Positions 49,137 through 59,746 of a stretch of 64,000 nt of DNA are shown in pieces. Numbering within the stretch: position 1 is the stretch's first letter; each line of letters opens with the position of its first letter. The position numbers were made by a program, and so were the translations under genes. This DNA is from an uncultured Nitrospiraceae bacterium (GTDB lineage: Bacteria > Nitrospirota > Nitrospiria > Nitrospirales > Nitrospiraceae), in NCBI GenBank assembly GCA_963730935.1, contig CAVSTP010000004.1, positions 1,408,001-1,472,000 of the forward strand. The letters are read 5' to 3'. Below the pieces are notes generated by a model that was given only the letters and a program-made list of their open reading frames with translations, was not told where the DNA came from and searched no databases.

Positions 49137-50411
49137 TCAATCCTCGCGGCTGGGACGAACGAGGATCGGTCCGTAGATGAGCGCGAAGAGGAGATAGGCG
49201 CCGCTCCAACCGAACGCCGCCATGCCGAGCAGGAGATTCGTCAGCGCGGTCGGAGCGTCGGAGGCGGGCGCGAGGACCCGTAGCACCGCGCCAAGATTGA
49301 TCAACACATACATGACCACGGTCATGGAACCGGCATGCCGCGCGCGACCCGTATGACCCAAGCTCGCACGCGTCATCACCGCCAGCGTCATCGTCCCCAC
49401 TGCGCCGGTGGTGAGCACATGCACGGCATTCGCGGCCGGCAGCACACCAAGAATCGCGCCTCCAAGAGCCAGTAACGACAGCGCCACCCACCCATAGCCC
49501 ACCGTGAGGATGAATACCAACGGCTCGCGCCACGCCACCCACCCTCGCCAACGCGCGACACGAATAAGATTCGCCACGCCGGCCGCGACAAACAGTACTC
49601 CTGCCGTCTGGCCCTCGGGCTGAACGATCCACGCCAAGGCGGCAAGCAGGACCAGGAGCATCGACAGGCCATCGAAGCGGGAAAAGGATGCAGGATGCCC
49701 GGGACTGTGCTGCTCCGCCAAGTATTCGGCGGTAAACGCCGGCGTCACTCGTCCGCCAATAAACGTGAGCAACAAGAGAATGATTGAGAGCGTCAAACGT
49801 TCGGGCACATCCGTCGAGGTCCCGCGCAGCGCGAGCACATGAAACAAGATATTGGCGCCGGCATAGAAGGTGATCAGCACGCCGATGGCCGACCGGTTCC
49901 AGATTCGTGCTGCCGCAATCTCGCGCCACACGAGCGCGGCCAAGGACACAAGAAAGGAAGCATCGATCACGGCGGCGATCATTGGAATGGGCTCCGGGAG
50001 AGCAACAACCAGCCGTCCGGCCAACCACAAGACGCACAACGACACCAAGAGTGTGCCTCTCACGGGAGCTCGACCGGTCCAGTTGGGAATCGCGGTCAGG
50101 ATAAAGCCGGACATCGCGGCGGGCAGGAACCCGAACAGCATCTCGTGAACGTGCCACTCGCGGGGAGCATACAGAAAGTTGGAGCCGATCGCGCCGGTCA
50201 CGATCAAGATCCAGGCCGGCACGGCGACACCGGCAAACAGCGCGGCGCCGAGGAAGAACGGTCGGAAACCATAGGAGAAAAACGCCGGGCCATTGTAGGG
50301 AGGCAGCGTCGGTTCATCCTCTGGGCCGGCGGGCTTCGGCTGGCTGACTCGTATTTCGATCGGTGCTCCGGCCACGCGCGTCATTCTCAGCGCAGGTCGA
50401 AGAGTTGTCAA
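49137..50411 (-). CDS. nnrS: NnrS-family membrane protein
   Basis: GFRPFFL, WHVHEMLFGF, GFILTAIPNWTG, GGRVTPAFT, RASLGHTGR. Confidence 0.93.
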   Translation of the reverse strand: MTTLRPALRMTRVAGAPIEIRVSQPKPAGPEDEPTLPPYNGPAFFSYGFRPFFLGAALFAGVAVPAWILIVTGAIGSNFLYAPREWHVHEMLFGFLPAAMSGFILTAIPNWTGRAPVRGTLLVSLCVLWLAGRLVVALPEPIPMIAAVIDASFLVSLAALVWREIAAARIWNRSAIGVLITFYAGANILFHVLALRGTSTDVPERLTLSIILLLLTFIGGRVTPAFTAEYLAEQHSPGHPASFSRFDGLSMLLVLLAALAWIVQPEGQTAGVLFVAAGVANLIRVARWRGWVAWREPLVFILTVGYGWVALSLLALGGAILGVLPAANAVHVLTTGAVGTMTLAVMTRASLGHTGRARHAGSMTVVMYVLINLGAVLRVLAPASDAPTALTNLLLGMAAFGWSGAYLLFALIYGPILVRPSRED

Positions 50412-50723
50412 CGAGAGGCGGGGGCGCCAGGGATGCCGGGAAACGAGTTAGTTTGGAGGTAGCTTTTCAGGGCAATATAGCGAAGGCTATGAAGAATCTG
50501 AAAAGCGTCGTGAAGCCGCCATGGTAGCGGATCGGTGAGCATAATGAGCCAAAACCTCAGAACGAAAAAGGCCTCAGGTGTGGTGGCAATCACGCAGGTA
50601 AGGATGAGAAAAAGGTGATATCAAATGTTGCCATGTGCGGATGCCTCTCCTTTTTCTGTTCCAGCGCTGGATCGTAGGGGTGCTCTTCCTTTATAGTGGG
50701 TTTTTTCGTACCACAAGATCACC

Positions 50724-52829
50724 ATGCTAGCTCTGTCCTATCATCACCCTGCCGGGAAAGCGATGGCGTGGGTGGCCATCATCTGCGCCTATTTCTTGGC
50801 GGGCAAGCTCAGCCTCGGCTTCGCCTCTATCCATGTCAGTGCCTCGCCGGTATGGCTCCCGGCCGGGATGGCGGTCGCGCTCTTCCTGCTTCTCGGGTTC
50901 TCCATCTGGCCGGCAATCTTCGCCGGAGCATTCCTGGTCAATGTCACGACAGCAGGAGGGGTGCTCACGTCCGCGAGCATCGCAGTCGGGAATACCCTCG
51001 GAGGGCTCCTTGGCGCGTGGCTCATGCAAAGGTTTGCGCATGGCGTTCACGCGTTTGAATCTCCGCCGGATATTCTGAAGTCTGCCCTTCTCGCTGGACT
51101 ACTCAGTCCGACGGTAAGCGCGACGATTGGCATCACGAGCCTGACGATCGGGCACTACGCGTTACCGAATGAGTATGCCATCATCTGGCTCACGTGGTGG
51201 ATGGGCGATGCGACGGGGATTCTGATCGTCACACCGGCCATTCTGCTCTGGGCACAGCGTCCACGCATTGAATGGAGCAGTCGAGAACAACTCGAGCTCG
51301 GCCTCCTATTGCTCGTGCTCCTGTTGACCTGTGAAGCGATTTTTGGACCCTTCATCCGTACGAGACACAAGTATCCGCTTCAGTTCATGCTCGTGCCCAT
51401 CCTGATTTGGGCGGCGTTCCGTTTTGGTCCCCGAGAGACTGCCACGCTCACCGTCCTATTAGCTGGCTGGGCCACGTGGGGCACCGTCAATGGTCGAGGT
51501 CCCTTCACCACCGACTCCGAAAATGAGGCGCTCTTGCTCGGGCAAGCCTTTCTCGCCGTGACGACGGTCATGGCCCTAGCGCTGGCCGCGGCCGTGCAGG
51601 AACGCAAGAACGCCGAAATTCGATTCCAGGACACAGCTGAACGGTTGGTGAAGAAGCGCACGGCGGAGCTACTTCACACCCAAGCCCGGCTGCGCACCAT
51701 GGCTCAGGCGCTCACCTTGACCGAACAGCGCGAGCGCAAACGCATGGCCACTGAACTGCATGATTATCTCGCCCAGCTGCTCGTGCTCGGCAAAATGAAA
51801 TTGTCGCAAACGCATGCACAGATCCGGAACATTGGCGGTCCCGTGGCGAGCGTGTTTGAAGAGATCGACCACACACTGGACAAGGCGCTCGACTACACGC
51901 GGACGCTGATTGCGGAGCTGAGCCCGCCGGTGCTGCACGAGTTCGGTCTGCCGATGGCACTCCAATGGTTGGCGGATCAAATGAAGAAACATCGCCTGAC
52001 GGTCGATGTCCGGCTCGGAACATCCGAGCTGCCGTTAACAGAAAATCAAGCGATCTTGTTGTTTCATTCTGCCCGCGAGTTACTCATCAATGTCGCGAAG
52101 CATGCCGGGACAACTGAGGCAGCCTTGACGCTCCTTCTGGCAGAAAACATGTTGACCATCGCTGTCCAGGATCAGGGGAAGGGTTTCAAGACCGATGGGC
52201 TTGAGCCCCATCAGCCGGGCCAGCACTTTGGGCTCTTCAGCATCAAAGAGCGCATGGAGGAACTCGGAGGATGGCTGCGAGTCGAGAGCACACCAGGAAG
52301 GGGAACCACCGTCACGTTGGGACTGCCATTCACATCGACGGCGGCACCTTCTACGGACACGTCCGGTACAGATACGTCCGATACAGACACATCCTGGAAC
52401 GAACGACACGTGCAGCCACCGCCATCGAAAGCGGCCGGCGTGCGGCGCGTGTTACTGGTGGACGATCATGCCATGGTCCGCCAAGGCCTTCGAGCCGTGC
52501 TTGACGCGCATCCTGATTTGTTCATCATCGGAGAGGCGGCAGATGGCCGGGAAGCGGTGTCCATTGCCAAGAAACGGACGCCGGACGTCATCGTCATGGA
52601 CATCAATATGCCGCGCATGGACGGCATCGAAGCGACAAGGCGGATCAAGAAGGACCAACCCGGGATGGTCATCATTGCGGTCTCTGTCAATGACACACCG
52701 GATCTCCGGGAATCATTGCAAAGAGCCGGCGCCTCGGCGTTCGTGTCGAAAGCTGAAGCCGGTGAACGACTCTACGAGACAATCATGGCGTCGGGGCCTC
52801 TCGCGACTCGTAGAGACGACACACGGTAG
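50724..52829 (+). CDS. Hybrid sensor kinase MASE1-HisKA_3-HATPase-REC
   Basis: SPVWLPAG/WWMGD (MASE1); ERKRMATELHD; ELLINVAKHA, DQGKGF, GLFSIKER; VLLVDDH...MDINMP. Confidence 0.92.
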   Translation: MLALSYHHPAGKAMAWVAIICAYFLAGKLSLGFASIHVSASPVWLPAGMAVALFLLLGFSIWPAIFAGAFLVNVTTAGGVLTSASIAVGNTLGGLLGAWLMQRFAHGVHAFESPPDILKSALLAGLLSPTVSATIGITSLTIGHYALPNEYAIIWLTWWMGDATGILIVTPAILLWAQRPRIEWSSREQLELGLLLLVLLLTCEAIFGPFIRTRHKYPLQFMLVPILIWAAFRFGPRETATLTVLLAGWATWGTVNGRGPFTTDSENEALLLGQAFLAVTTVMALALAAAVQERKNAEIRFQDTAERLVKKRTAELLHTQARLRTMAQALTLTEQRERKRMATELHDYLAQLLVLGKMKLSQTHAQIRNIGGPVASVFEEIDHTLDKALDYTRTLIAELSPPVLHEFGLPMALQWLADQMKKHRLTVDVRLGTSELPLTENQAILLFHSARELLINVAKHAGTTEAALTLLLAENMLTIAVQDQGKGFKTDGLEPHQPGQHFGLFSIKERMEELGGWLRVESTPGRGTTVTLGLPFTSTAAPSTDTSGTDTSDTDTSWNERHVQPPPSKAAGVRRVLLVDDHAMVRQGLRAVLDAHPDLFIIGEAADGREAVSIAKKRTPDVIVMDINMPRMDGIEATRRIKKDQPGMVIIAVSVNDTPDLRESLQRAGASAFVSKAEAGERLYETIMASGPLATRRDDTR

Positions 52830-53063
52830 ATGCTTCTCCTTCCGCAGTGAACAACCCTCTCACGCCGGCATAGGCTCTCATTTCAAAGAAGAGTAACGCG
52901 CGCGGTTCCACGGCTGGCCACGCAATGGTCATGTAGCAGGGCTGTCTTCTGTTGCTATTACGGGCGGAGAGGACTACCCTCAGCATTCACAACCAACGCC
53001 TCACTGTCGACGGCCTCCTGGAATATTCGACCGTCGACTCTGTCGCAGAAAGGCGGCCGCATC

Positions 53064-53222
53064 GTGAGTCCTCACGGCAGAGACATCAACACATTTGTGT
53101 CGGCATGCGAAACGATTCTTGGGATTAATGTCGCGACAGCCGATCTCACCGAGCAAGAAGGTCAGTTGATCCAATACTACATCGCCGCCCTCGCGGCAAA
53201 ATTTCCCGCCTTGGTAGACTAA
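53064..53222 (+). CDS. Unannotated 52-aa protein (paralog of 22320..22508)
   Basis: GTG start after AAAGG; MSPHGRDINTFVSACETILG...LTEQEGQLIQYYIAALAAKFPALVD*. Confidence 0.6.
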   Translation: MSPHGRDINTFVSACETILGINVATADLTEQEGQLIQYYIAALAAKFPALVD

Positions 53223-53258
53223 CCCTCACATCCAACCCGGGTTTCTCGTCTTCTCTCG

Positions 53259-53564
53259 TTACACGACCGGTTCGCAAGGCTGGAGGAAGGCCTTGAACGG
53301 AACCGGATGCCCCAAGTGTTCTTCGACCAGCCTGGCTTGCGCCTGCTTCACGGCTTTTACAAGTATGTCCATTCGATCCTCGTCAAGCGCCACGAGAATC
53401 AGCTTGTTTCGATCGTGAGAGGTGTGCGTCACCGAGACCGCGCCGGTTTCGCCGCTGCCGCCCACCCCGTGAACCACGGTGTATCCCGTAATTTTCAAAT
53501 TGTTGAAAATGACGAGCACCTCATCTTCGAACTTCTCTCGACACACAATCGTAAGCATCTTCAT
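53259..53564 (-). CDS. PII-like small protein
   Basis: AGGAGG SD; MKMLTIVCRE...GYTVVHGVGGSGETG...VPFKAFLQPCE. Confidence 0.8.
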   Translation of the reverse strand: MKMLTIVCREKFEDEVLVIFNNLKITGYTVVHGVGGSGETGAVSVTHTSHDRNKLILVALDEDRMDILVKAVKQAQARLVEEHLGHPVPFKAFLQPCEPVV

Positions 53565-53739
53565 GATCACTCCTCCTGGTCATCCAGGCCCTATTCTGCC
53601 TTCCTCATCCGTTGAAGTCTACGATCTCGCCGGCCGATGGCGCATGCTACTCCCCTAGGGCATCCGACAGTCACACAGGTGACTCGCAGGACGTAGAATC
53701 AGTTCTACTCTCAGGTGGGCCCAACAGGAGGGTCATCGG

Positions 53740-53904
53740 ATGCCGACCTATGAATATAAATGCCTGGACTGTGGCAAGGAGTCGGAACTGAATCTCAGCA
53801 TGAGCGAACACGACCGCGGCAAGATCACATGCCCAGCGTGCACAAGCGCCCGCATGGAGCAGTTGATCTCCGCGATCTCGGCAAAAACGAGCCGCAAGAG
53901 TTAA
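53740..53904 (+). CDS. FmdB-family zinc-ribbon protein (below the ORF-track cutoff)
   Basis: MPTYEYKCLDCG...CPAC...SRKS*; AGGAGG SD. Confidence 0.9.
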   Translation: MPTYEYKCLDCGKESELNLSMSEHDRGKITCPACTSARMEQLISAISAKTSRKS

Positions 53905-54028
53905 TTGACGGATGCATTCCCACCTGGGGCGGCGTGTGCTCCGAAACGGCGGACTTTGGTGTGTGCGATGCGACACTAGTCGAAAGCTTGTCAACGAGCG
54001 ACAGTTCGCGTACTGTACGCCGCGCTCG

Positions 54029-55633
54029 ATGCTCGAAGCAGACCGTCCCCACACCAATCCTCCGCCGCGCCCGCGCTGGTTCGTGCGGCAAGATGTCGAC
54101 GGCTTGCTCGGGCTGGCGCTCGACAACCTCATTCAGATTCTCCTCATCGTCGGGCTCTGCCGAGGGCTGCTGGGGTATCCTTCGACACTCGTCTACGGGC
54201 GCATCCTGCCGGCCGTCGCCCTGAGCCTCATCGTCGGCAATGTCTATTATAGTTGGCTCGCCTATCGCTTGGGCGTCCGGGAAGGACGCGACGATCGCAC
54301 GGCCCTCCCCTACGGCATCAACACGGTCAGTCTCTTCGCGCACGTCTTTCTCGTCATGCTGCCGGTGAAATTGATCGCGCTCGACCGTGGCGCCACCATG
54401 GACGAAGCGATCACGTTGTCCTGGCAAGCGGGGCTCGTCGCCTGCCTGGGATCGGGAATCATCGAGCTGATCGGCAGCGTGCTCGCCGATCCGCTACGCC
54501 GCTGGCTGCCGCGCGCGGCGCTCCTTTCCACACTCGCCGGCATCGGATTGACCTTCATCGCGCTCGGCTTTCTCTTCCGCACCTATGAATATCCGGTGGT
54601 CGCGCTTGTGCCGTTCGGCATCATCCTATTGACGTACTTCGGCCGAGTCCAATTTCCGATCCCCGGCGGCCTGCTCGCGGTCCTGGTCGGGACCGCGCTC
54701 GCCTGGATGACCGGCTTGGTCCATCTCGATGAAGCCACGTTCTCACAGGCGGTGGCACCGCTCGGATGGCATCCACCGGGAATCTTTATCGATGCCCTCT
54801 GGCAATCTCGCGAGATCTTGCTCACGCAACTCAGCGTCATCCTGCCGATGGGCCTGTTCAATCTCGTGGGCAGTCTTCAGAATCTGGAAAGCGCCGAGGC
54901 GGCCGGCGATGCGTACCCGACGGCTCCCTGCCTCGCGGCCAATGGGGTCGGCTCCGTCGTGGCGGCGGTCTGCGGCTCCTGTTTTCCGACCACCATCTAT
55001 ATCGGCCATCCGGGATGGAAAGCGATGGGCGCCCGGATCGGCTATTCCTGGCTCAACGGTGTCGTGATGGCGCTCCTCTGCGTGACCGGCGCGGCGGCGG
55101 TCGTCGCCGCGATCATTCCGATCGAAGCCGGTATGGCCATCGTGCTGTGGATCGGGATCGTCATCGGAGCGCAAGCATTCCAGGCCACGCCCATGAAACA
55201 TGCGCCGGCCGTGATCGTGGGACTCTTGCCTGGCATCGCGGGCTGGGGCGCGCAGTTGATCAAGACCAGTCTTCGAGCGGCGGGGCTGGCCACCGCCGAT
55301 CGGCCGTTCACCCCGGACCTCCTGCCGATCTTCGCGCGAGCGGACATCTATCTCGGCGGGGCCTTCGCGCTCGAGCAGGGCCAGATTCTCTCCGCCATGC
55401 TACTCGCCGCCATGACGGTGTTCATCATCGAGCGGCAATTTGCCTGGGCCGGCGTCTGCATGCTCGTGGCAGCGGGGTTCTCCTGGGTGGGCCTCATGCA
55501 CAGTTACCGATGGATGCCATCGGATACCGTGCTTCAGCCTGGCTGGGGCAGCGGGGGCACGTGGGCAACCGGATATCTGCTACTGGCGCTACTCTTCTAC
55601 TGGGCCGGATGGAAGGAAGGCAGTAAGGGTTGA
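54029..55633 (+). CDS. NCS2/AzgA-like nucleobase permease
   Basis: DVDGLLGLALDNL, TALPYGINT, ESAEAAGD, FPTTIYIGHPGWKAMGAR. Confidence 0.88.
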   Translation: MLEADRPHTNPPPRPRWFVRQDVDGLLGLALDNLIQILLIVGLCRGLLGYPSTLVYGRILPAVALSLIVGNVYYSWLAYRLGVREGRDDRTALPYGINTVSLFAHVFLVMLPVKLIALDRGATMDEAITLSWQAGLVACLGSGIIELIGSVLADPLRRWLPRAALLSTLAGIGLTFIALGFLFRTYEYPVVALVPFGIILLTYFGRVQFPIPGGLLAVLVGTALAWMTGLVHLDEATFSQAVAPLGWHPPGIFIDALWQSREILLTQLSVILPMGLFNLVGSLQNLESAEAAGDAYPTAPCLAANGVGSVVAAVCGSCFPTTIYIGHPGWKAMGARIGYSWLNGVVMALLCVTGAAAVVAAIIPIEAGMAIVLWIGIVIGAQAFQATPMKHAPAVIVGLLPGIAGWGAQLIKTSLRAAGLATADRPFTPDLLPIFARADIYLGGAFALEQGQILSAMLLAAMTVFIIERQFAWAGVCMLVAAGFSWVGLMHSYRWMPSDTVLQPGWGSGGTWATGYLLLALLFYWAGWKEGSKG

Positions 55634-55726
55634 TAGCGGAGACGTGTCACCTACTCTGAGCATCGGCTCGACCGCACTACGTCTGATCAGCGGTCAACCA
55701 CGGTGCTGGTATGCATTGAATGCAAA

Positions 55727-55951
55727 CTAGACCGGCGGCAACATAAGAAAGAGGCTCACCAGGATGATCGGTGTCATCACATACATGGCCGTTTTGCCGA
55801 ATGAATCGTACACACCGTAGATCAAAACGGCGGCAATGAAGCTGAAATAGATGTAACCGATTCCCCGATAGCCGGCGCTATGTTCAGCGGCCAAGGCGAG
55901 CGTTGGGGAGGCGAGTAGTCCCATTGCCAAGAGCATGGCAAATCGTGTCAT
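55727..55951 (-). CDS. Small membrane protein
   Basis: AAGGAG SD; signal peptide plus two TM helices. Confidence 0.7.
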   Translation of the reverse strand: MTRFAMLLAMGLLASPTLALAAEHSAGYRGIGYIYFSFIAAVLIYGVYDSFGKTAMYVMTPIILVSLFLMLPPV

Positions 55952-56063
55952 AGCAGACTCCTTGGTTGAGGTAAGTGTACGTGGCGCACAACACCTCTTT
56001 GAGCGAGAGGCATTTATGCTGCGCTTTCCGGCAAAGGAAGTCAAATGATGGGAGGCTGGACGA

Positions 56064-56297
56064 TGGATGGGCGCCTTCCTGCTCAGGCGATGGATAAACC
56101 GCAGGACCCTATCGCGGCTGGCTTCGCAAACTCGGTCCGTCCCAGACGTTGTCTGAACGGACCTTCGAACATTGCGTCTCGCCATCGCCAAAGGCGACCG
56201 CCGCGATAAGGCGCTGCATCCATCGCAAATCGCAGCAGTCGCCCGTCCATCGTCCGTAAGGAAGAAAACAAGCGAGCTTGGAAGGGACCATTTAGGG
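56064..56297 (+). repeat. Full-length (about 235 bp) repeat copy, left member of an inverted pair
   Basis: Aligns end to end with the reverse complement of 59747-59983. Confidence 0.9.
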
Positions 56298-56375
56298 AGG
56301 AGAAAGGGGACAGGCTACTTTATGGATCCGATCCGATCCTGAGTCACCAGAGTATGCGGGGCATCTCCTCCCACA

Positions 56376-58814
56376 TCATTGGCTCACGAAGACCACAAAG
56401 CCGTTCGCGGGGATCGCCACATTGAGTCGGCCTTGGCTGGAAGGGATAATGGCGCCCGAATTACCGACGTTCTGACCGCCATAGCTTGCAGCATCGCTAT
56501 TAAAGATTTCCTTCCATCCGGCATCGGGAATGGCGAGGACATCCTTCTCGATCACATACCCGTTCGCGAACGGAACGTTGTTGAGGCTCGCAGCGATAAT
56601 GACTTCCTCCGATCCGTTCCATCGCTTAAAGGCAATCACGCGATTGGCGTTCGACTGGTGGAGGATGTCAATGTTGTGGCCGCGGATTGAACCAAGACGT
56701 CGGCTGAGACTGATGAGATCCTGATAGAAACGAAAGAGTGCCTGACCATTCCCACTCCGCTCGCCGAGAATGTCTTCGCGGAGGGGCAGAAACCCATCGA
56801 ACGTATACCTCTTCTGCGCTCCAATCTCTTCTCCCATGAAGAACATCGGCGTGCCCGCCGAGAGCAAGGAGAGGCCGAAGCATACGCGAGCGCGCGCCTC
56901 TGCAGAAATTCTCGTGGCAGCAATCAGCGGAGCGTCATTGACTGCAACCACCATTGTCCGTGCGGTGCCCGCTGCATTGCCCGCTTCGTCGTGCGATTCG
57001 TGGAAGACGACCCGTCTGTATTGGGTGTCGTAGAGCGATCCGGCAAACCAATCCATCTGAAGCGGCTCATTGCCGCCGAATCCCGCTCGTTTCAGCAGGC
57101 GCGCTCGGTCGCCTGCCATGTCCGAATCACCAATCAGATGATGATAGAACGCGACTTGCCAGGTGCCGTCAAATCCTAATCCGCCTTGGGCCGGCGGTTT
57201 CGTCACCGCGTCCCAGTCCGTATGGTCTTCCGCGATCAGGATCGCGGTCGGGCGAATCATGTGCAGTGTCCGACTCCACTCTCGCAGAAACTTCTGACCG
57301 AACATATTGGCGCTGCCGACAGAGCGTCCATCTGCATTGAGCGTGTTGTCACGGTGAATCGCTTGAGTCAGGTCTACGCGCAAGCCATCGACATGCATTT
57401 CCTCAATGAGAAACGCCGCACTGCTGATGAACTGCTGGCGGACGACTTCCTCCCAAAACCGCGGTGTGTACCCTGAAGAGCCGTTGTTGAGGTAACCGCC
57501 ATCTGGAGAGGAATAGTCGGAGGAACGCCCCTCATACCAGTAATAGATGTTCTGTTCAGCAGTGGTCGAGTCGTATTGCCACTGGGCGCGTTCTGCGGAA
57601 TTGTCGTAGTGATTATAGACGACGTCCTGAATCACGGCGATGCCGCGTCGGTGGCACTCCCGCACGAAATGGCGGTATTTGTCGCGACCTCCCGCGCTCG
57701 ATTCGATGCAGAAGTGATGGCTGTCGCCATAGCCCCATCCCACGTTACCTGAAAATTCCGCCATGGGAAGGAGTTCGACAGTGTTGACCCCGAGAAGAAC
57801 CAAGTGATCGAGGAACGTCATCGCATCGCTCAAATCGCCGGGGCTGGTCCTCCCAAATCCCAGTGAGCCGACGTGCAACTCGTAAATGACCAGGTCTTCG
57901 AGACGGGTGGGAACAGGCTGGCTATGAGTGAATTCCGTGGCCCAGAATTCTTCGGCCGGGATGAGATCCGGAGCCGCGCCGGCAGCCGTCGATTGGAACG
58001 TGCGGCGCACTACATCCGGATCAATCACCACGCTGCAACTCACCGTGCCGTCCAACGTGTCCACCGTTCCCGTCCAACTGCCTGTCCTTGGATTGAGAGG
58101 ATTGATAGCGCCTCTGCCAATCTGGCTGCGGGAAAAAATATCGGTGCGATAGACCGTCTGCCCTTGGGCGTTTACGATGCGATAGATGTATGGAAGGCCT
58201 TTATACTTTTCAAAGTCGCCGGGAGGACCGCCTTGCCAAACACCGTCGGCAGTGCTGAAAAGCGCGACGACCGGCTGCCCAGGATCATTTCCAGTGCCGT
58301 CATTGGCAATGTAGCCGTTCGCGGGTTTCCCAAAGACGACATTTACGCTTCGCGCATTGGGGGCCCATACGGCAAAACGCAGGCCGGGTTTGGCCGTTCC
58401 GGCTTTGATGTGCTTGTTGGCTCCCAAGCGCCGGCCGTATGTAAAGTAGTAGCGTTCGACTTGAGATGTCCCACCACCAGTAAGACGAAACTGCCGATAG
58501 CGCTCAACGGAATTCATATCTTGGATTTCGGTTGGAATCCCCCAGAGATTGTGACCCTGGGGGTCGTCGACGGCCACCCCCCACCTAAACAGCTTGTCTT
58601 GATCGGCAAGGTCGAGCGAGATCGAGGCTTTGAAGATCGGACACCCATCTTCTCCGATAGCTTCCTGCATCGGAGATTCCGTCCAATCAGCTGAATACCG
58701 GCCATTGCCGTTCCAACTACCGCGCAAGCGGCCATTTCGAAAGATCGCGCGCTTCAAGCCAGTGATGAATTGAAACTCTACTTTCTGCCTTGGCACAGTG
58801 ACTTCTCTCCTCAA
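56376..58814 (-). CDS. GH13 alpha-glucan branching enzyme/TreZ-like protein
   Basis: FAVWAPNA, IYELHVG, WGY, DVVYNH, DGLRVD, IAED, ESHDE; probable GTG start at 58796. Confidence 0.88.
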   Translation of the reverse strand: MRREVTVPRQKVEFQFITGLKRAIFRNGRLRGSWNGNGRYSADWTESPMQEAIGEDGCPIFKASISLDLADQDKLFRWGVAVDDPQGHNLWGIPTEIQDMNSVERYRQFRLTGGGTSQVERYYFTYGRRLGANKHIKAGTAKPGLRFAVWAPNARSVNVVFGKPANGYIANDGTGNDPGQPVVALFSTADGVWQGGPPGDFEKYKGLPYIYRIVNAQGQTVYRTDIFSRSQIGRGAINPLNPRTGSWTGTVDTLDGTVSCSVVIDPDVVRRTFQSTAAGAAPDLIPAEEFWATEFTHSQPVPTRLEDLVIYELHVGSLGFGRTSPGDLSDAMTFLDHLVLLGVNTVELLPMAEFSGNVGWGYGDSHHFCIESSAGGRDKYRHFVRECHRRGIAVIQDVVYNHYDNSAERAQWQYDSTTAEQNIYYWYEGRSSDYSSPDGGYLNNGSSGYTPRFWEEVVRQQFISSAAFLIEEMHVDGLRVDLTQAIHRDNTLNADGRSVGSANMFGQKFLREWSRTLHMIRPTAILIAEDHTDWDAVTKPPAQGGLGFDGTWQVAFYHHLIGDSDMAGDRARLLKRAGFGGNEPLQMDWFAGSLYDTQYRRVVFHESHDEAGNAAGTARTMVVAVNDAPLIAATRISAEARARVCFGLSLLSAGTPMFFMGEEIGAQKRYTFDGFLPLREDILGERSGNGQALFRFYQDLISLSRRLGSIRGHNIDILHQSNANRVIAFKRWNGSEEVIIAASLNNVPFANGYVIEKDVLAIPDAGWKEIFNSDAASYGGQNVGNSGAIIPSSQGRLNVAIPANGFVVFVSQ

Positions 58815-59047
58815 ACCCTCTATGAGCTAGAAGGCAACTGGCATGCCCACGGGGAAGCGACATGACAGTTAAACAAATACAATGGGAATAGCAATTGTAA
58901 CTTGGCGAGAAACGTTTTGGGTGAATCGCTCTGCTTAGCAGAGCATCGAAAGCGATTCAGTGCAGCCCGACGGATTCGTAGAGCGGTTCAGCGGCTGAAA
59001 TGGTGTCGACGATTGAGGCGATTGGAGGGATTCAAGGGGGAATAACC

Positions 59048-59257
59048 TCAGGCCCCCAGCTTCAGCGACACATACGGCATTAAATAATAAGCGGCAAAGG
59101 ACACTAGCGCGCCTGCAATCACTCCGAAGAGGCCGCTGACAAGCAGTCCTACAAAGGGAAGGATCAGCACAATTAATATCATCGAGACGGCAAGGAGTCG
59201 ATGCTGATCATAGAACGTCCTTCGCTGGACATACTTGAGGGAATCGGTAAAGGACAT
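59048..59257 (-). CDS. Small two-TM hypothetical protein
   Basis: Hydrophobic C-terminal part of ORF 59048..59392; start uncertain. Confidence 0.5.
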   Translation of the reverse strand: MSFTDSLKYVQRRTFYDQHRLLAVSMILIVLILPFVGLLVSGLFGVIAGALVSFAAYYLMPYVSLKLGA

Positions 59258-59322
59258 GACGAGTGGGGAAGGCATATGAATACTATAGGCCTCTTGTAGG
59301 ACAGATGCAGCACCTGTTCTCC

Positions 59323-59532
59323 TCAAGGTGAATACCGGACGAGGACAAGCGCACTGCAGGGGCAGGCGAGATTGGCACCACGGCTCTTCCACGCAAACGC
59401 ATTGGCCCCAGGATGACCGGCAAGGAAATTCGATGCTGGAATCGGCGTCAGTGTCCCGGGGTCGACCTCATACCATTCACCATGCCGCAAGAGTAGCGTC
59501 GTCACTTTGTCGTAATCGATAACCTCAGCCAT
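59323..59532 (-). CDS. Hypothetical protein
   Basis: AGGAGGT SD; 69 aa. Confidence 0.6.
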   Translation of the reverse strand: MAEVIDYDKVTTLLLRHGEWYEVDPGTLTPIPASNFLAGHPGANAFAWKSRGANLACPCSALVLVRYSP

Positions 59533-59746
59533 ACGTCACCTCCTAGAGTTCGACCTCCTTCAATCGCATGTAACCACGCAGGATTGAATGGTAACACATG
59601 GTCCGTGAGGGCACTCGGCCGATTCGAGAAGTTTCGATGACAAGTCGGGGCGAGCCGTGAGGTTAGGGATTCGGCTTTTGACGCGAGAGAGGATTGTTTA
59701 CAGATGGATAATAGACTTCGCCATTTCACAGGCGGCGATGGCGAGC

